Assembly: GCA_963711045.1 (NCBI GenBank)
Contig: CAVQCM010000002.1
Span: 12,218-76,217, forward strand
DNA length: 64,000 bases
Direction: 5' to 3'
Source: an uncultured bacterium
GTDB taxonomy: Bacteria; Babelota; Babeliae; Babelales; Babelaceae
Shown here: one piece after another, positions 53,269-61,779 of the stretch
Numbering within the stretch: position 1 is the stretch's first letter
Layout of the letters: each line of letters begins with the position of its first letter
The notes under the pieces: generated by a model
The model's input: the letters and a program-made list of their open reading frames with translations, nothing else
The model's database searches: none
Told to the model about the DNA's origin: nothing
Program-made: the position numbers and the translations under genes

Positions 53269-55960
53269 ATGTCAGCTTATATTCCTGACATCTTCTATTG
53301 ACCGATGATCTATTGACCCCTAAGAGTTGTGCGATTTTATTCTGGTTTTTAAAGCGATGCCATAAGAGTGCCATAAGATGAGGATCTCTCAGCGCTTTTC
53401 TGCCAAGGCGAACGGCTTGAGCAATATCTGGGTCACTGATTAAGTAGGCAGGATCGAAGGTAGTATGTTTGGATATTTGGTGTTTATAGGTCTTTTCTTT
53501 CACGAGTTGTTCAACCCGCGTTTTTAATTCATGGATACTTAAGGGAGTATCTTGTATAAGCTGTAGCGTATCTCTTTCTGATAATGACAAGAGATGCTTA
53601 AAGGTATCATTTTGTATAAGCTGATCCGCAAACCCTTGCGCGAGACAGGTGATATCTTCTTCTTGTAAGGTTGGCATAGAGATGCAAGTTGATTCAAGTT
53701 GTTGATAGAGCTCCTTACAGAAACTACCTTCTTCAACAAGGGCCGCTAGCTGCTTAGTTGTTGAGCAGATGATACGTGCTCTACTTGAGATATTCTTATC
53801 ACTTTTTAGTGGCTTGAAATACCCAAACGTGAGATAATGAGCTAACGCGCTTTGTGTTTCTGCACTTAGGTATTCAATATTTTCTATAAAGAGCGTGCCA
53901 TGCTCATCAAGCTGTTCAAGAAGCCCTTCAGATTGGTCGATAAGTTTATTAATGCCAAAAAGTGAGCGTGCAACTTCGTCAGATTGTTCTTTACCAGTAA
54001 GCTCAATGCGGTGAAGCGTTGTTCTTAAGCTAATAGCATGGAGGACATCAACGGTTGCCTGAAGGTCATCAGGTGGAAGCGTAAGAAGGAGGGTTTTTTT
54101 GCTTAATGCTGCCGATAAGAGGGAAATTTTTAAGCGCATAAGCTGTTCTGTAGTGCCGGGTATTAATGAACTAATGAGTCTTCCTGAGGTTGTTGTTTCG
54201 AGGTATAGGGCATAATCCCAGGTTGAGGGATCAGGAAGATGTTCAATATGATTTTTTACCATATCAGAAAGTTCGGGGTAATACAACAATATAATGCTTG
54301 ATGACCCATCCATATTGGGTAGGCCTGATACAACAAGTTTTTTCCCTTGCAGCTCAATAGATGTTGTTTGTGCTGTTCTAAATTCTTGTACCCGTTTTGC
54401 AACTGAGGTACACGCTTTACTTAATGGATGACCTACATGGGTATTCATATCATGAGGAATAAAATCATGTGCTGCTTCGTTAGCATAGGTAAACTTTCTA
54501 TTTTTATAATAAACGATGCCGATACGGCGACTTTCTGAAGAGCGCATATAAGAGCGAAGGACTTCTTTATATTGATTAATTTCTTGATGTTTGTGATAGA
54601 GCTCTTCGGTAAGCTCTTTTTTTTCAAGCTGAAGCGCTGCAAAACTGCTTTGCTTGACGAGACTGATAATATTACTTAAGTAGGTAGTGAAGACAATCAT
54701 TTCGTCACGCTCTTTACTCGTATAAAGGCTTCTGGGACGGGCATCTTGTTCAACAATGCAGTAGGCAATGATTGAAGATCGTTCATAGATTGGTAAAAAG
54801 ATATCTGCATGGATGCTATCTAAAAAAGCGACTATTTCATGGGCGTTACTGTTTTCTTCATAAAATGAAGTAAAGTGATAATCATCTCTAATGAGTATTT
54901 TAGCTTGATAGAGTTCATTGGTCAGTACCGATTCTTTTTCTATGAATTTTTCTATCAGATCGGCTTTTCCATTTTGTTTAAAAGAGAACATACCACTGGT
55001 GTCTTGCTTGGTGCGTAACATGAGGTGTGTCTTTCCACGAGTAATATTAAAAGCAGTGGAAAAAAATGTCTGTGTAATATGAGTGAGTTCATTTAATCCG
55101 GTGGTATAGCTGAGCTGTTCAAGAATATCTTTAAATTTTCGTAGGAAATTGAACTGTTCAGATGAGGTAATATCTTTTCTGATATTTAAAAATCGCAATT
55201 GCATGATTTTGGTACTAAGGAAGTACAAACTAATGGTCGTGAAGATCCCAATAATAACTTCAAGTGAAGGTTTAGTGAACGGAATAAAAGGAAATGATAG
55301 GTGATACTCAATACAGATGCGCATACCAAGAGAGAGCACTTGAAAAGGAATAATAAATTTGGCGAGCATGCTAATCTGCCGGTATAAGATGCGTGGCAGC
55401 CTTTGTGAACGTAGCGCATTAATAATATGCCATAAAATCCAGATACACATACAGGCGGCATAACTATAGATGAAGGTAACGATCTTCCATTCAAAGCCGA
55501 GTGTTTGACTACTATCTGAAGGGATACCATAATAGCCAATAATAAGATATAAAAAACTGCCGATACTAATGACGCCAGCGGCACCATTAAGAAGCCAAAA
55601 CCATGAAAATTTAAGGCGGCGATAGAGTAAATAGTAAAAAAAGAGGGCAAGCGACTGTATTCGTGGAAGATAAACTATCCAATTGATACGCGCAGCAAAA
55701 GTATGAATGAATAGTTCACCCTTTAGCTTTAGGCACCCACGAAGGAGACCAGCAATTAGATATTCAAGATCATTACATGCTGCTGTTACTACAAATATCA
55801 AGAGCAAAAGAAGGGGTAGTCGATCTTTTTCACGAGTAACAAGATACCAACAAAGAAAACATGCTATGATAAGCTTTGCTACCAAGGCACCAGTAAGAGC
55901 GGCAACGGCCACGACAGGATGTGATAAAATAGCTACGAGTACCGTTAAAGGGTTTTGCAT
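53267..55960 (-). CDS. membrane-anchored GAF/PAS-like regulator with degenerate sigma-54-activator AAA+ module and Fis-type HTH (paralog B)
   Basis: 897 aa, colinear with paralog A. Shared blocks: LRFLNIRK, FRDILEQLSY / FKDILEQLSY, ERDEM(L/I)VFTTYLSN, HQEINQYKE, GTLFIENIEYLS, RIICST, LLGVNRSSVNRRCQEY. Confidence 0.7.
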   Translation of the reverse strand: MQNPLTVLVAILSHPVVAVAALTGALVAKLIIACFLCWYLVTREKDRLPLLLLLIFVVTAACNDLEYLIAGLLRGCLKLKGELFIHTFAARINWIVYLPRIQSLALFFYYLLYRRLKFSWFWLLNGAAGVISIGSFLYLIIGYYGIPSDSSQTLGFEWKIVTFIYSYAACMCIWILWHIINALRSQRLPRILYRQISMLAKFIIPFQVLSLGMRICIEYHLSFPFIPFTKPSLEVIIGIFTTISLYFLSTKIMQLRFLNIRKDITSSEQFNFLRKFKDILEQLSYTTGLNELTHITQTFFSTAFNITRGKTHLMLRTKQDTSGMFSFKQNGKADLIEKFIEKESVLTNELYQAKILIRDDYHFTSFYEENSNAHEIVAFLDSIHADIFLPIYERSSIIAYCIVEQDARPRSLYTSKERDEMIVFTTYLSNIISLVKQSSFAALQLEKKELTEELYHKHQEINQYKEVLRSYMRSSESRRIGIVYYKNRKFTYANEAAHDFIPHDMNTHVGHPLSKACTSVAKRVQEFRTAQTTSIELQGKKLVVSGLPNMDGSSSIILLYYPELSDMVKNHIEHLPDPSTWDYALYLETTTSGRLISSLIPGTTEQLMRLKISLLSAALSKKTLLLTLPPDDLQATVDVLHAISLRTTLHRIELTGKEQSDEVARSLFGINKLIDQSEGLLEQLDEHGTLFIENIEYLSAETQSALAHYLTFGYFKPLKSDKNISSRARIICSTTKQLAALVEEGSFCKELYQQLESTCISMPTLQEEDITCLAQGFADQLIQNDTFKHLLSLSERDTLQLIQDTPLSIHELKTRVEQLVKEKTYKHQISKHTTFDPAYLISDPDIAQAVRLGRKALRDPHLMALLWHRFKNQNKIAQLLGVNRSSVNRRCQEYKLT

Positions 55961-56036
55961 AGCACTATCTCCGGTGATTTATTTTCTCTAGTTGAAAGAG
56001 TAGTGTATGAATATTTTTAGCACTGCTTGTATTTTT

Positions 56037-56064
56037 AATATAGCAAAACATCTCATATTGTCAA
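56037..56064 (-). promoter_or_regulatory. candidate promoter of paralog B
   Basis: On the minus strand, TTGACA, 16 nt spacer, TATATT. About 75 nt upstream of the ATG at 55960. Confidence 0.4.
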
Positions 56065-56121
56065 ATGTTGTGCTGGTAAAACCATTGCACTTTTTTATTA
56101 TCATGATAGAGTGATGATACA

Positions 56122-56787
56122 ATGAATCAAAAAACAATACATATCTTACGATGCCTCGATCTTCTGCGGCAAGCCACAAAAGGGATGGCTCAACCTATGT
56201 CGGTGATGCTTGCTGAGGAGTTTGGGAAAGATCCTTTTGTTATACTATTTTCCTGTTTACTGAGTTTACGAGCAAAAGATACGGTGACTTATCCCGTAAG
56301 TCGCTCGCTCTTTAGTCTGGCCCGCACGCCAGAAGAGCTTCTTCGTATACCAACGAGTGATCTTGAAAAACTTTTTCATCCATTGGGGTTCTATCATAAG
56401 AAGGCACAGGTAGTAAAAGATGTAGCAAAAGAGCTTATAAAAAGATTCCACGGTAAGGTTCCTTCAACAGAAGAGCAACTGCTCAGTATAAAAGGAGTAG
56501 GGAGAAAAACGGCTAATCTTGTTCTTGGTATAGCTTTTGATAAGCCAGCAATCTGCGTTGATACTCATGTACACCGCCTAGCAAATAGGCTTGGATGGGT
56601 GTCTACGAAGACGCCAGATCAAACAGAACGTGCACTACAACAGATGGTGCCCAAAGAATATTGGATTGAACTTAACACGCTGTTAGTTATCTGGGGTCAA
56701 AATATATGTGTGCCGATATCTCCTTTCTGCTCCAAATGTGTTTTAAACCCACTCTGCCCTAAAAAGGGTGTTGCCTCCCATCGATAA
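56122..56787 (+). CDS. nth: endonuclease III
   Basis: 221 aa. HhH-GPD motif (IKGVGRKTANLVLG, catalytic K/D context) and a C-terminal 4Fe-4S cluster C-x6-C-x2-C-x5-C (CVPISPFCSKCVLNPLC). Confidence 0.9.
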   Translation: MNQKTIHILRCLDLLRQATKGMAQPMSVMLAEEFGKDPFVILFSCLLSLRAKDTVTYPVSRSLFSLARTPEELLRIPTSDLEKLFHPLGFYHKKAQVVKDVAKELIKRFHGKVPSTEEQLLSIKGVGRKTANLVLGIAFDKPAICVDTHVHRLANRLGWVSTKTPDQTERALQQMVPKEYWIELNTLLVIWGQNICVPISPFCSKCVLNPLCPKKGVASHR

Positions 56788-56812
56788 GTACAGTTCTACA
56801 TGTGTGTCCGAA

Positions 56813-56841
56813 TTGACAAAATATCGTTATTTATATACAAT
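56813..56841 (+). promoter_or_regulatory. candidate promoter of the ankyrin gene
   Basis: TTGACA, 17 nt spacer, TACAAT. 67 nt upstream of the ATG. Confidence 0.4.
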
Positions 56842-56907
56842 AAGAAAGATAAACTCATAATAATAGTACTAGTATTAACATCCTTTAAGCGGGTGTAGGG
56901 AGAATCC

Positions 56908-58140
56908 ATGAAACAGATAATCATTGTACTACTAATAGGTAGTTCCTTAGGAGCAATGAGACCAGCGGTACTGCGAGATATTAAGAATGCTCCACAGCGC
57001 CAGAAGTCTCAAAGCCTACGAAAAACGCTTCTTACGAGTAAATTTATCACTGCCTATAACCGGCATCAAGCAGCTGAACAAGCAGTAGCATCTCAAAAAA
57101 AGATGAAAAAAGCTCTGTATAAAGCTATTAAGCGATCAGATGTGACCGGCATCACTGAGCTGGTGAAGCAAGGCGTTGATATCACCGGCATTATCGGTGG
57201 GACTGATACCGCTCTTGTTGCTGCTATGAAGATTGATAAAGAGGAGGATCGAGTACCTTTTGTTCATTATTTACTCTGGTTTCAAGCGCCGATTGATGCA
57301 GTTGATAAGCAAGGCCTAACCGCACTTCATTATGCTGCATTAAAAGGTCATGCTGAGGCCCTTTGTGTCCTATTAGAAGCCGGTGCTACCGTAAATCTCT
57401 CAAAATACTCAGGTGAAACGGCATTAACCCTAGCTGCACTTAATGGCCATGCTACCTGTGTAGAAGCGCTGCTTGCTGCTGGTGCTGATCCAAATAAAGG
57501 TAAGCTTAACGGTCAGACGCCGCTTAGTGGTGCTGCGCTGAAGGGCCATGCTGCATGTGTACGCCTATTACTTGAAGCAGGAGCTTCACCAAATAAAGCC
57601 CATTTAGATGGGAGCACGCCGTTACATCTTGCTTGTATTACTGGCCATATTGATTGTGTAGAGCTTCTTCTTTTTTTTAATGCAGATCCGATGAGCTGTA
57701 AGAAAGATGGCCAAACGCCTCTTCATCTTGCCGCCTTACAAGGAAATGATCTCTGTTGTGAGATGCTTCTTATCTGTGGTGCTGATGTTAATGCAAAAGA
57801 TAGTAAAGGAGAAACGCCTCTTGAACTTGCTGCGCTTCAAGGTAATAAAGAAACAGTGTGTCTATTTCTTGTTAGCGGTGCTGGGGTTAATGAGAGAAAT
57901 AACCTGCATCAAACAGCGTTAAGTGCTGCTGCATTACGAGGGAATTATATCATTGCCAAGATGCTTCTTGAGCGCGGAGCTTCAGTCGATGGCAAAGATA
58001 CTAGATTTGGTAGCACGCCACTTCATTGCGCGTATCAAAAAGGGCATAAAAAACTAGCTACATTGCTGCTAAAGGCTGGCGCTAATCCTTCTGCTCTTAA
58101 TAAGGCTGGTCGCCGACCGATAGACCTTCTTAAAGAGTAG
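56908..58140 (+). CDS. ankyrin-repeat protein with N-terminal signal peptide
   Basis: 410 aa. About 9 consecutive 33-aa ANK repeats (G.T(A/P)L..AA..GH...V..LL..GA..N). Confidence 0.85.
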   Translation: MKQIIIVLLIGSSLGAMRPAVLRDIKNAPQRQKSQSLRKTLLTSKFITAYNRHQAAEQAVASQKKMKKALYKAIKRSDVTGITELVKQGVDITGIIGGTDTALVAAMKIDKEEDRVPFVHYLLWFQAPIDAVDKQGLTALHYAALKGHAEALCVLLEAGATVNLSKYSGETALTLAALNGHATCVEALLAAGADPNKGKLNGQTPLSGAALKGHAACVRLLLEAGASPNKAHLDGSTPLHLACITGHIDCVELLLFFNADPMSCKKDGQTPLHLAALQGNDLCCEMLLICGADVNAKDSKGETPLELAALQGNKETVCLFLVSGAGVNERNNLHQTALSAAALRGNYIIAKMLLERGASVDGKDTRFGSTPLHCAYQKGHKKLATLLLKAGANPSALNKAGRRPIDLLKE

Positions 58141-58266
58141 GGATCTGGCGTACTAGTTGAGTCAAATCACTGTGTGTTTCTGTGTAACATAATCCAAGAA
58201 ACTGCGTTTCTCAGTCCTTTTACTACTTATGTCTTTAATACGAGCCATTTTGAAGCTTATTAACTG

Positions 58267-58452
58267 CTACGTTTCAAAATGATTAAAAGTCCGAAAAATG
58301 CACCAATTGGGTGGATTGTGCAAGAAGGAAAGAATGTAGTATTGCAGATCAAGAGGAAATGTACGAAAAATAGGATTGATAATGGCTCCCCCAGAAGTGA
58401 AGCATTCATTGTTAGGTGCAAACGAGAAGGTGGATGCTCGATTATAGTTCAT
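58267..58452 (-). CDS. small ORF with F-box-like motif (possibly a gene remnant)
   Basis: 61 aa. A GAGGA Shine-Dalgarno sequence lies 4 nt before the ATG. FPLDLQYYILSFLHNPPNW matches the LPxE(I/L)xxxI(L/F)SxL core of F-box domains. No downstream interaction domain. Confidence 0.35.
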   Translation of the reverse strand: MNYNRASTFSFAPNNECFTSGGAIINPIFRTFPLDLQYYILSFLHNPPNWCIFRTFNHFET

Positions 58453-58549
58453 GGTTTCCTCAATATTAAGGAAGTAGTGTCATTTTTAGTGGAGCGTAGC
58501 ATGAGTTGTTTGACAAAAAATTCCTGGTACCGAAACGAGTAGCTAGCTA

Positions 58550-58578
58550 TTGACTGGAGGATATATTTGAAGTAAACT
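58550..58578 (+). promoter_or_regulatory. candidate promoter of the RRM gene
   Basis: TTGACT, 17 nt spacer, TAAACT. Leaves a ~100-nt leader. Confidence 0.3.
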
Positions 58579-58683
58579 GTAAAAGACTTTTAATTGATTC
58601 TCTTCTTGTAAAGCTTTTCCAGAAGTTCTCATCATTTCAAAAGTTTGTGAAATACTTTTTATTCCTTTTTTATGAGGTTCTTA

Positions 58684-58989
58684 ATGAAAATATACGTAGG
58701 AAACCTTTCCCGTTCTACCACGGATGAAACGGTTAAACATGCGTTTGAACAATACGGTGATGTTTCATCAGTTCGTATTTTGTTTGATCGTGAAACTCGT
58801 CAATCACGTGGTTTTGGCTTTGTTGATATGCCAAACGATGATCAGGCTCGTCAAGCAATGGATAACTTGAACGATACTGAACTTGAAGGACGTCGTCTTC
58901 GTGTTAACGAAGCACGAGAACCAGAACGTCGCCCAGGTGGTGGTGGTAGTGGCGGTCCTCGTGGAGGTGGTTTTAGAAATCGATTCTAA
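58684..58989 (+). CDS. RRM-type RNA-binding protein with Gly/Arg tail
   Basis: Start at MKIYVGNL (RNP-2). RNP-1 is RGFGFVDM. C-terminal GGGGSGGPRGGGFRNRF. Confidence 0.85.
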   Translation: MKIYVGNLSRSTTDETVKHAFEQYGDVSSVRILFDRETRQSRGFGFVDMPNDDQARQAMDNLNDTELEGRRLRVNEAREPERRPGGGGSGGPRGGGFRNRF

Positions 58990-59003
58990 GAGCTACAAAA
59001 CAC

Positions 59004-59038
59004 TAAAAAAAAGCGGGTCTTCGGGCCCGTTTTTTTTA
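59004..59038. terminator. bidirectional terminator (RRM gene / ABC exporter convergent)
   Basis: A8-GCGGGTC-ttcg-GGCCCGT-T8. Confidence 0.7.
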
Positions 59039-60892
59039 ATCTTCAATAGAGACATCACCCGTCATAAGTTTTTTATAATAAGGTGATTTTTGTTCAAGTT
59101 CACGTCGTGGATAGAAAATCATTTCTTTTTGTTTATCAAGCAATGAGAAGTCCAAGATCCCAACGGCATCGGCTAGCGTATGCAGTCTATGCGCAATAAC
59201 TAGCGTAAGGGACTTTTGTGATAGTTCACTGATCATTGAGGTGATCGCTCGTTCACTTATATCATCAAGACTCGAAGTTGGTTCATCAATTAAGATTAGT
59301 ACTGGATCGTAGAAGGTCGCTCGCAAATATAAGCTTGCAAAATTAAGGCGTTGACGTTGTCCACCTGATAGGTTGAGTCCGGCTTCACCAATGGGTGTAT
59401 CAAGACCTTGCTTTTCTTCAAAGATGAACCAGAGGCCCACTTTTTGTAGGACGGCAATAATTTCTTGATCAGAGTAGACATTCTTTGGCAAGCCCAACAT
59501 AAGATTACGTCGTATAGTACCACTCAAGCTACTGGCAACTTGTCCCTGCATAGCAATGAGTGTCCTACGAACACTGTCATCAACGTTATAGATTGGAATA
59601 CTGTTGATGGCTACCACACCTTTATCAGGTTTGAGTTGGCCTCCCAACACTGATATAAGGGTTGTTTTACCGACACCTGATGGACCAATAATACCATAGA
59701 GCTTATTTTTTTGTTCTTCAGGGACCTCTAGGTACAGGCTATGTCCATCAAATATTTTTGCATCAGGATTATAATAAAAGGTCATATCTTTCGCTTCTGC
59801 GGTGATTACACCTTCTTTAAAAGAGCTAAGAGGTTCAACCGGCGGAGCTGAAAGTACGGGAAATGTTTGTTTGCCAAAGAGCTGAATGAAGCTGTACAAA
59901 TCATTAATACGAGTGGTTGCTCGTAAGAGCTTACGTAGTTTTCTTCCAACATCGATCACTTCATAGGTGCCATTAATATAGGCAATAAGGATGGTGGAAC
60001 CGAGCATGACTGAAAGGGTACCTATTTGCATAGCAGAAAATACTATCCATCCAAGAATAATGACACTTGCCACATAGGCTAATCGTGAAACGCTCACTGA
60101 ACTCGCAAATGCAAGCCAGGCGGTTCCTTCTCGGTACATGAGGTTACTTGCTCGTTTGTGGGTAAGATTGGTAAGTTCATTTGTAGCAAAGGATGAACGA
60201 ATGAGTTGAACCTGTGTTAAGCTTTCAACCCCAAGCGATTTAAGTTCATCATCAGCAACAATGAGCCTTTTTTCAAAGGTGGCACTCGTAAAGAGATTAA
60301 GGGCAACATTTACGACAACAATAATAAGAAGGAGTATAAGGCATACTAGCCCAAGCGTCATATCATGACGCATAAATTCGATCGAAACTGATCCGATACT
60401 TACGATGATAGGGAGCAGATCCCACAACAGAATATCAAGAAGATTTTCATATGCTCGTGCGCAGCGAGTTATCTTAGAAAATAGTTTACCGGTAGATTTA
60501 AGGGTATGATACACTGGGTCAACCGTGAGGAAATGCTTAAAGGAGTTATAGAGTACACTATTCATACATTGAATTTCCATAAGTGCTGCACAATACACTG
60601 AAAGATAATCAAGAAGAATTACGCCGATCCAGAAAGCTATAAGATACAGAAAGTGATGCCAGTTTTGGTATTCTATAATGCGGCCAATATAGATGGGATA
60701 AATAGAATAAAAGCTTTGGATGACGATTTGACATAAGACCGTTACGATAGGAAATACTTTTTGCTGTATGATAACGTGATACCATGGCTTACTAAAATCG
60801 ATAGCAAAGATACTAGCTTTTTCTGGTAGATTAGCTAATCTTACCCATAAGCGGTAATAGGAATCCGTAAGATGTTTATATCGATTTAACAT
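59036..60892 (-). CDS. ABC exporter, fused permease/ATPase (type I exporter, MsbA-like fold)
   Basis: 618 aa with 6 TM helices. Walker A GPSGVGKTT, signature LSGGQRQRL, Walker B LILIDEPTSSLD. Confidence 0.85.
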   Translation of the reverse strand: MLNRYKHLTDSYYRLWVRLANLPEKASIFAIDFSKPWYHVIIQQKVFPIVTVLCQIVIQSFYSIYPIYIGRIIEYQNWHHFLYLIAFWIGVILLDYLSVYCAALMEIQCMNSVLYNSFKHFLTVDPVYHTLKSTGKLFSKITRCARAYENLLDILLWDLLPIIVSIGSVSIEFMRHDMTLGLVCLILLLIIVVVNVALNLFTSATFEKRLIVADDELKSLGVESLTQVQLIRSSFATNELTNLTHKRASNLMYREGTAWLAFASSVSVSRLAYVASVIILGWIVFSAMQIGTLSVMLGSTILIAYINGTYEVIDVGRKLRKLLRATTRINDLYSFIQLFGKQTFPVLSAPPVEPLSSFKEGVITAEAKDMTFYYNPDAKIFDGHSLYLEVPEEQKNKLYGIIGPSGVGKTTLISVLGGQLKPDKGVVAINSIPIYNVDDSVRRTLIAMQGQVASSLSGTIRRNLMLGLPKNVYSDQEIIAVLQKVGLWFIFEEKQGLDTPIGEAGLNLSGGQRQRLNFASLYLRATFYDPVLILIDEPTSSLDDISERAITSMISELSQKSLTLVIAHRLHTLADAVGILDFSLLDKQKEMIFYPRRELEQKSPYYKKLMTGDVSIED

Positions 60893-60973
60893 GGGCCGTT
60901 ACTCATCACCTAAGTGTATTAATAGCTACATATTTGTAGAGTATACCACAGAAACCAGAAGAGAGTACAGAGA

Positions 60974-61720
60974 ATGATGTATATTGATTCACTTAAAGCT
61001 TCACTTATAGAATCTTTTAACATGCTAAAGCTAGAGAGCATCAGCATGTTAGCATTGGTATCATTACGCACCTTGTTGTTTTTATATCAGTCTTGCATGT
61101 ATGCCTGGTTTTTGCCGTTGGGACTGCTCGTAGGCCTTGTTCTTGAGTTGAAATATCTTCTTGTTGCCTGCTATCTAACACTGCTTATTAAAGCTGCACG
61201 ACCTTCAATTGATCTTAAGCGAGTATCCTATTGGCAACAGCCACTTGTTGCTGACTGGATTATATTTGGTGGTATCCTGACGTTTTTATTTCTGCCTCAG
61301 CTCATTAAGGGAACATGGCTATCAACAATAATGCAAAAGCTGTTTTTCATAGTGGGGCCATCTTGGTTACCAGGTATTGAAGCTATAGGCAGCGTTGTTC
61401 TGTGTATGTCTCCCTTATTAATTGTATGGGGATTGTTTATGCTTGATGCGAAGTTAACTACCTGGAGTTATATCAAAGCATTTAAGCGAGCAATTACGAT
61501 GATCATTTTTAATTATCCTTTTTTCTTGGTTACCTATGCGATACTACTCTTAGCTCTTTCGGTAGGGTACCTTATGGGTTCTTTTCTTGTTGAGTATCTT
61601 CCTCAGTTGATAATTGTTGGCTGGTTGCTCTTACTCGGGGGTATTGTTCCCTATACAGTCTGTTTTATAACCAATTTTTATGTGAAGCGCTTACATGAGC
61701 AGTTTTCCTTATATTATTGA
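60974..61720 (+). CDS. hypothetical polytopic membrane protein
   Basis: 248 aa with about 6 hydrophobic segments. No family recognised. Confidence 0.6.
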   Translation: MMYIDSLKASLIESFNMLKLESISMLALVSLRTLLFLYQSCMYAWFLPLGLLVGLVLELKYLLVACYLTLLIKAARPSIDLKRVSYWQQPLVADWIIFGGILTFLFLPQLIKGTWLSTIMQKLFFIVGPSWLPGIEAIGSVVLCMSPLLIVWGLFMLDAKLTTWSYIKAFKRAITMIIFNYPFFLVTYAILLLALSVGYLMGSFLVEYLPQLIIVGWLLLLGGIVPYTVCFITNFYVKRLHEQFSLYY

Positions 61721-61744
61721 AAGACTTTCTTAATAAGGTATACT
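61717..61744 (+). promoter_or_regulatory. candidate promoter of the 61780 gene
   Basis: TTGAAA, 16 nt spacer, TATACT. 36 nt upstream of the ATG. Confidence 0.35.
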
Positions 61745-61779
61745 CATTGCTATCAACAAAATAATAGAAGGATGGTTCC

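Noticed and set aside
58279-58542. An 87-aa plus-strand ORF.
   Set aside because: It is antisense to the Shine-Dalgarno-preceded F-box-like ORF, has no ribosome-binding site, and looks like a shadow frame.
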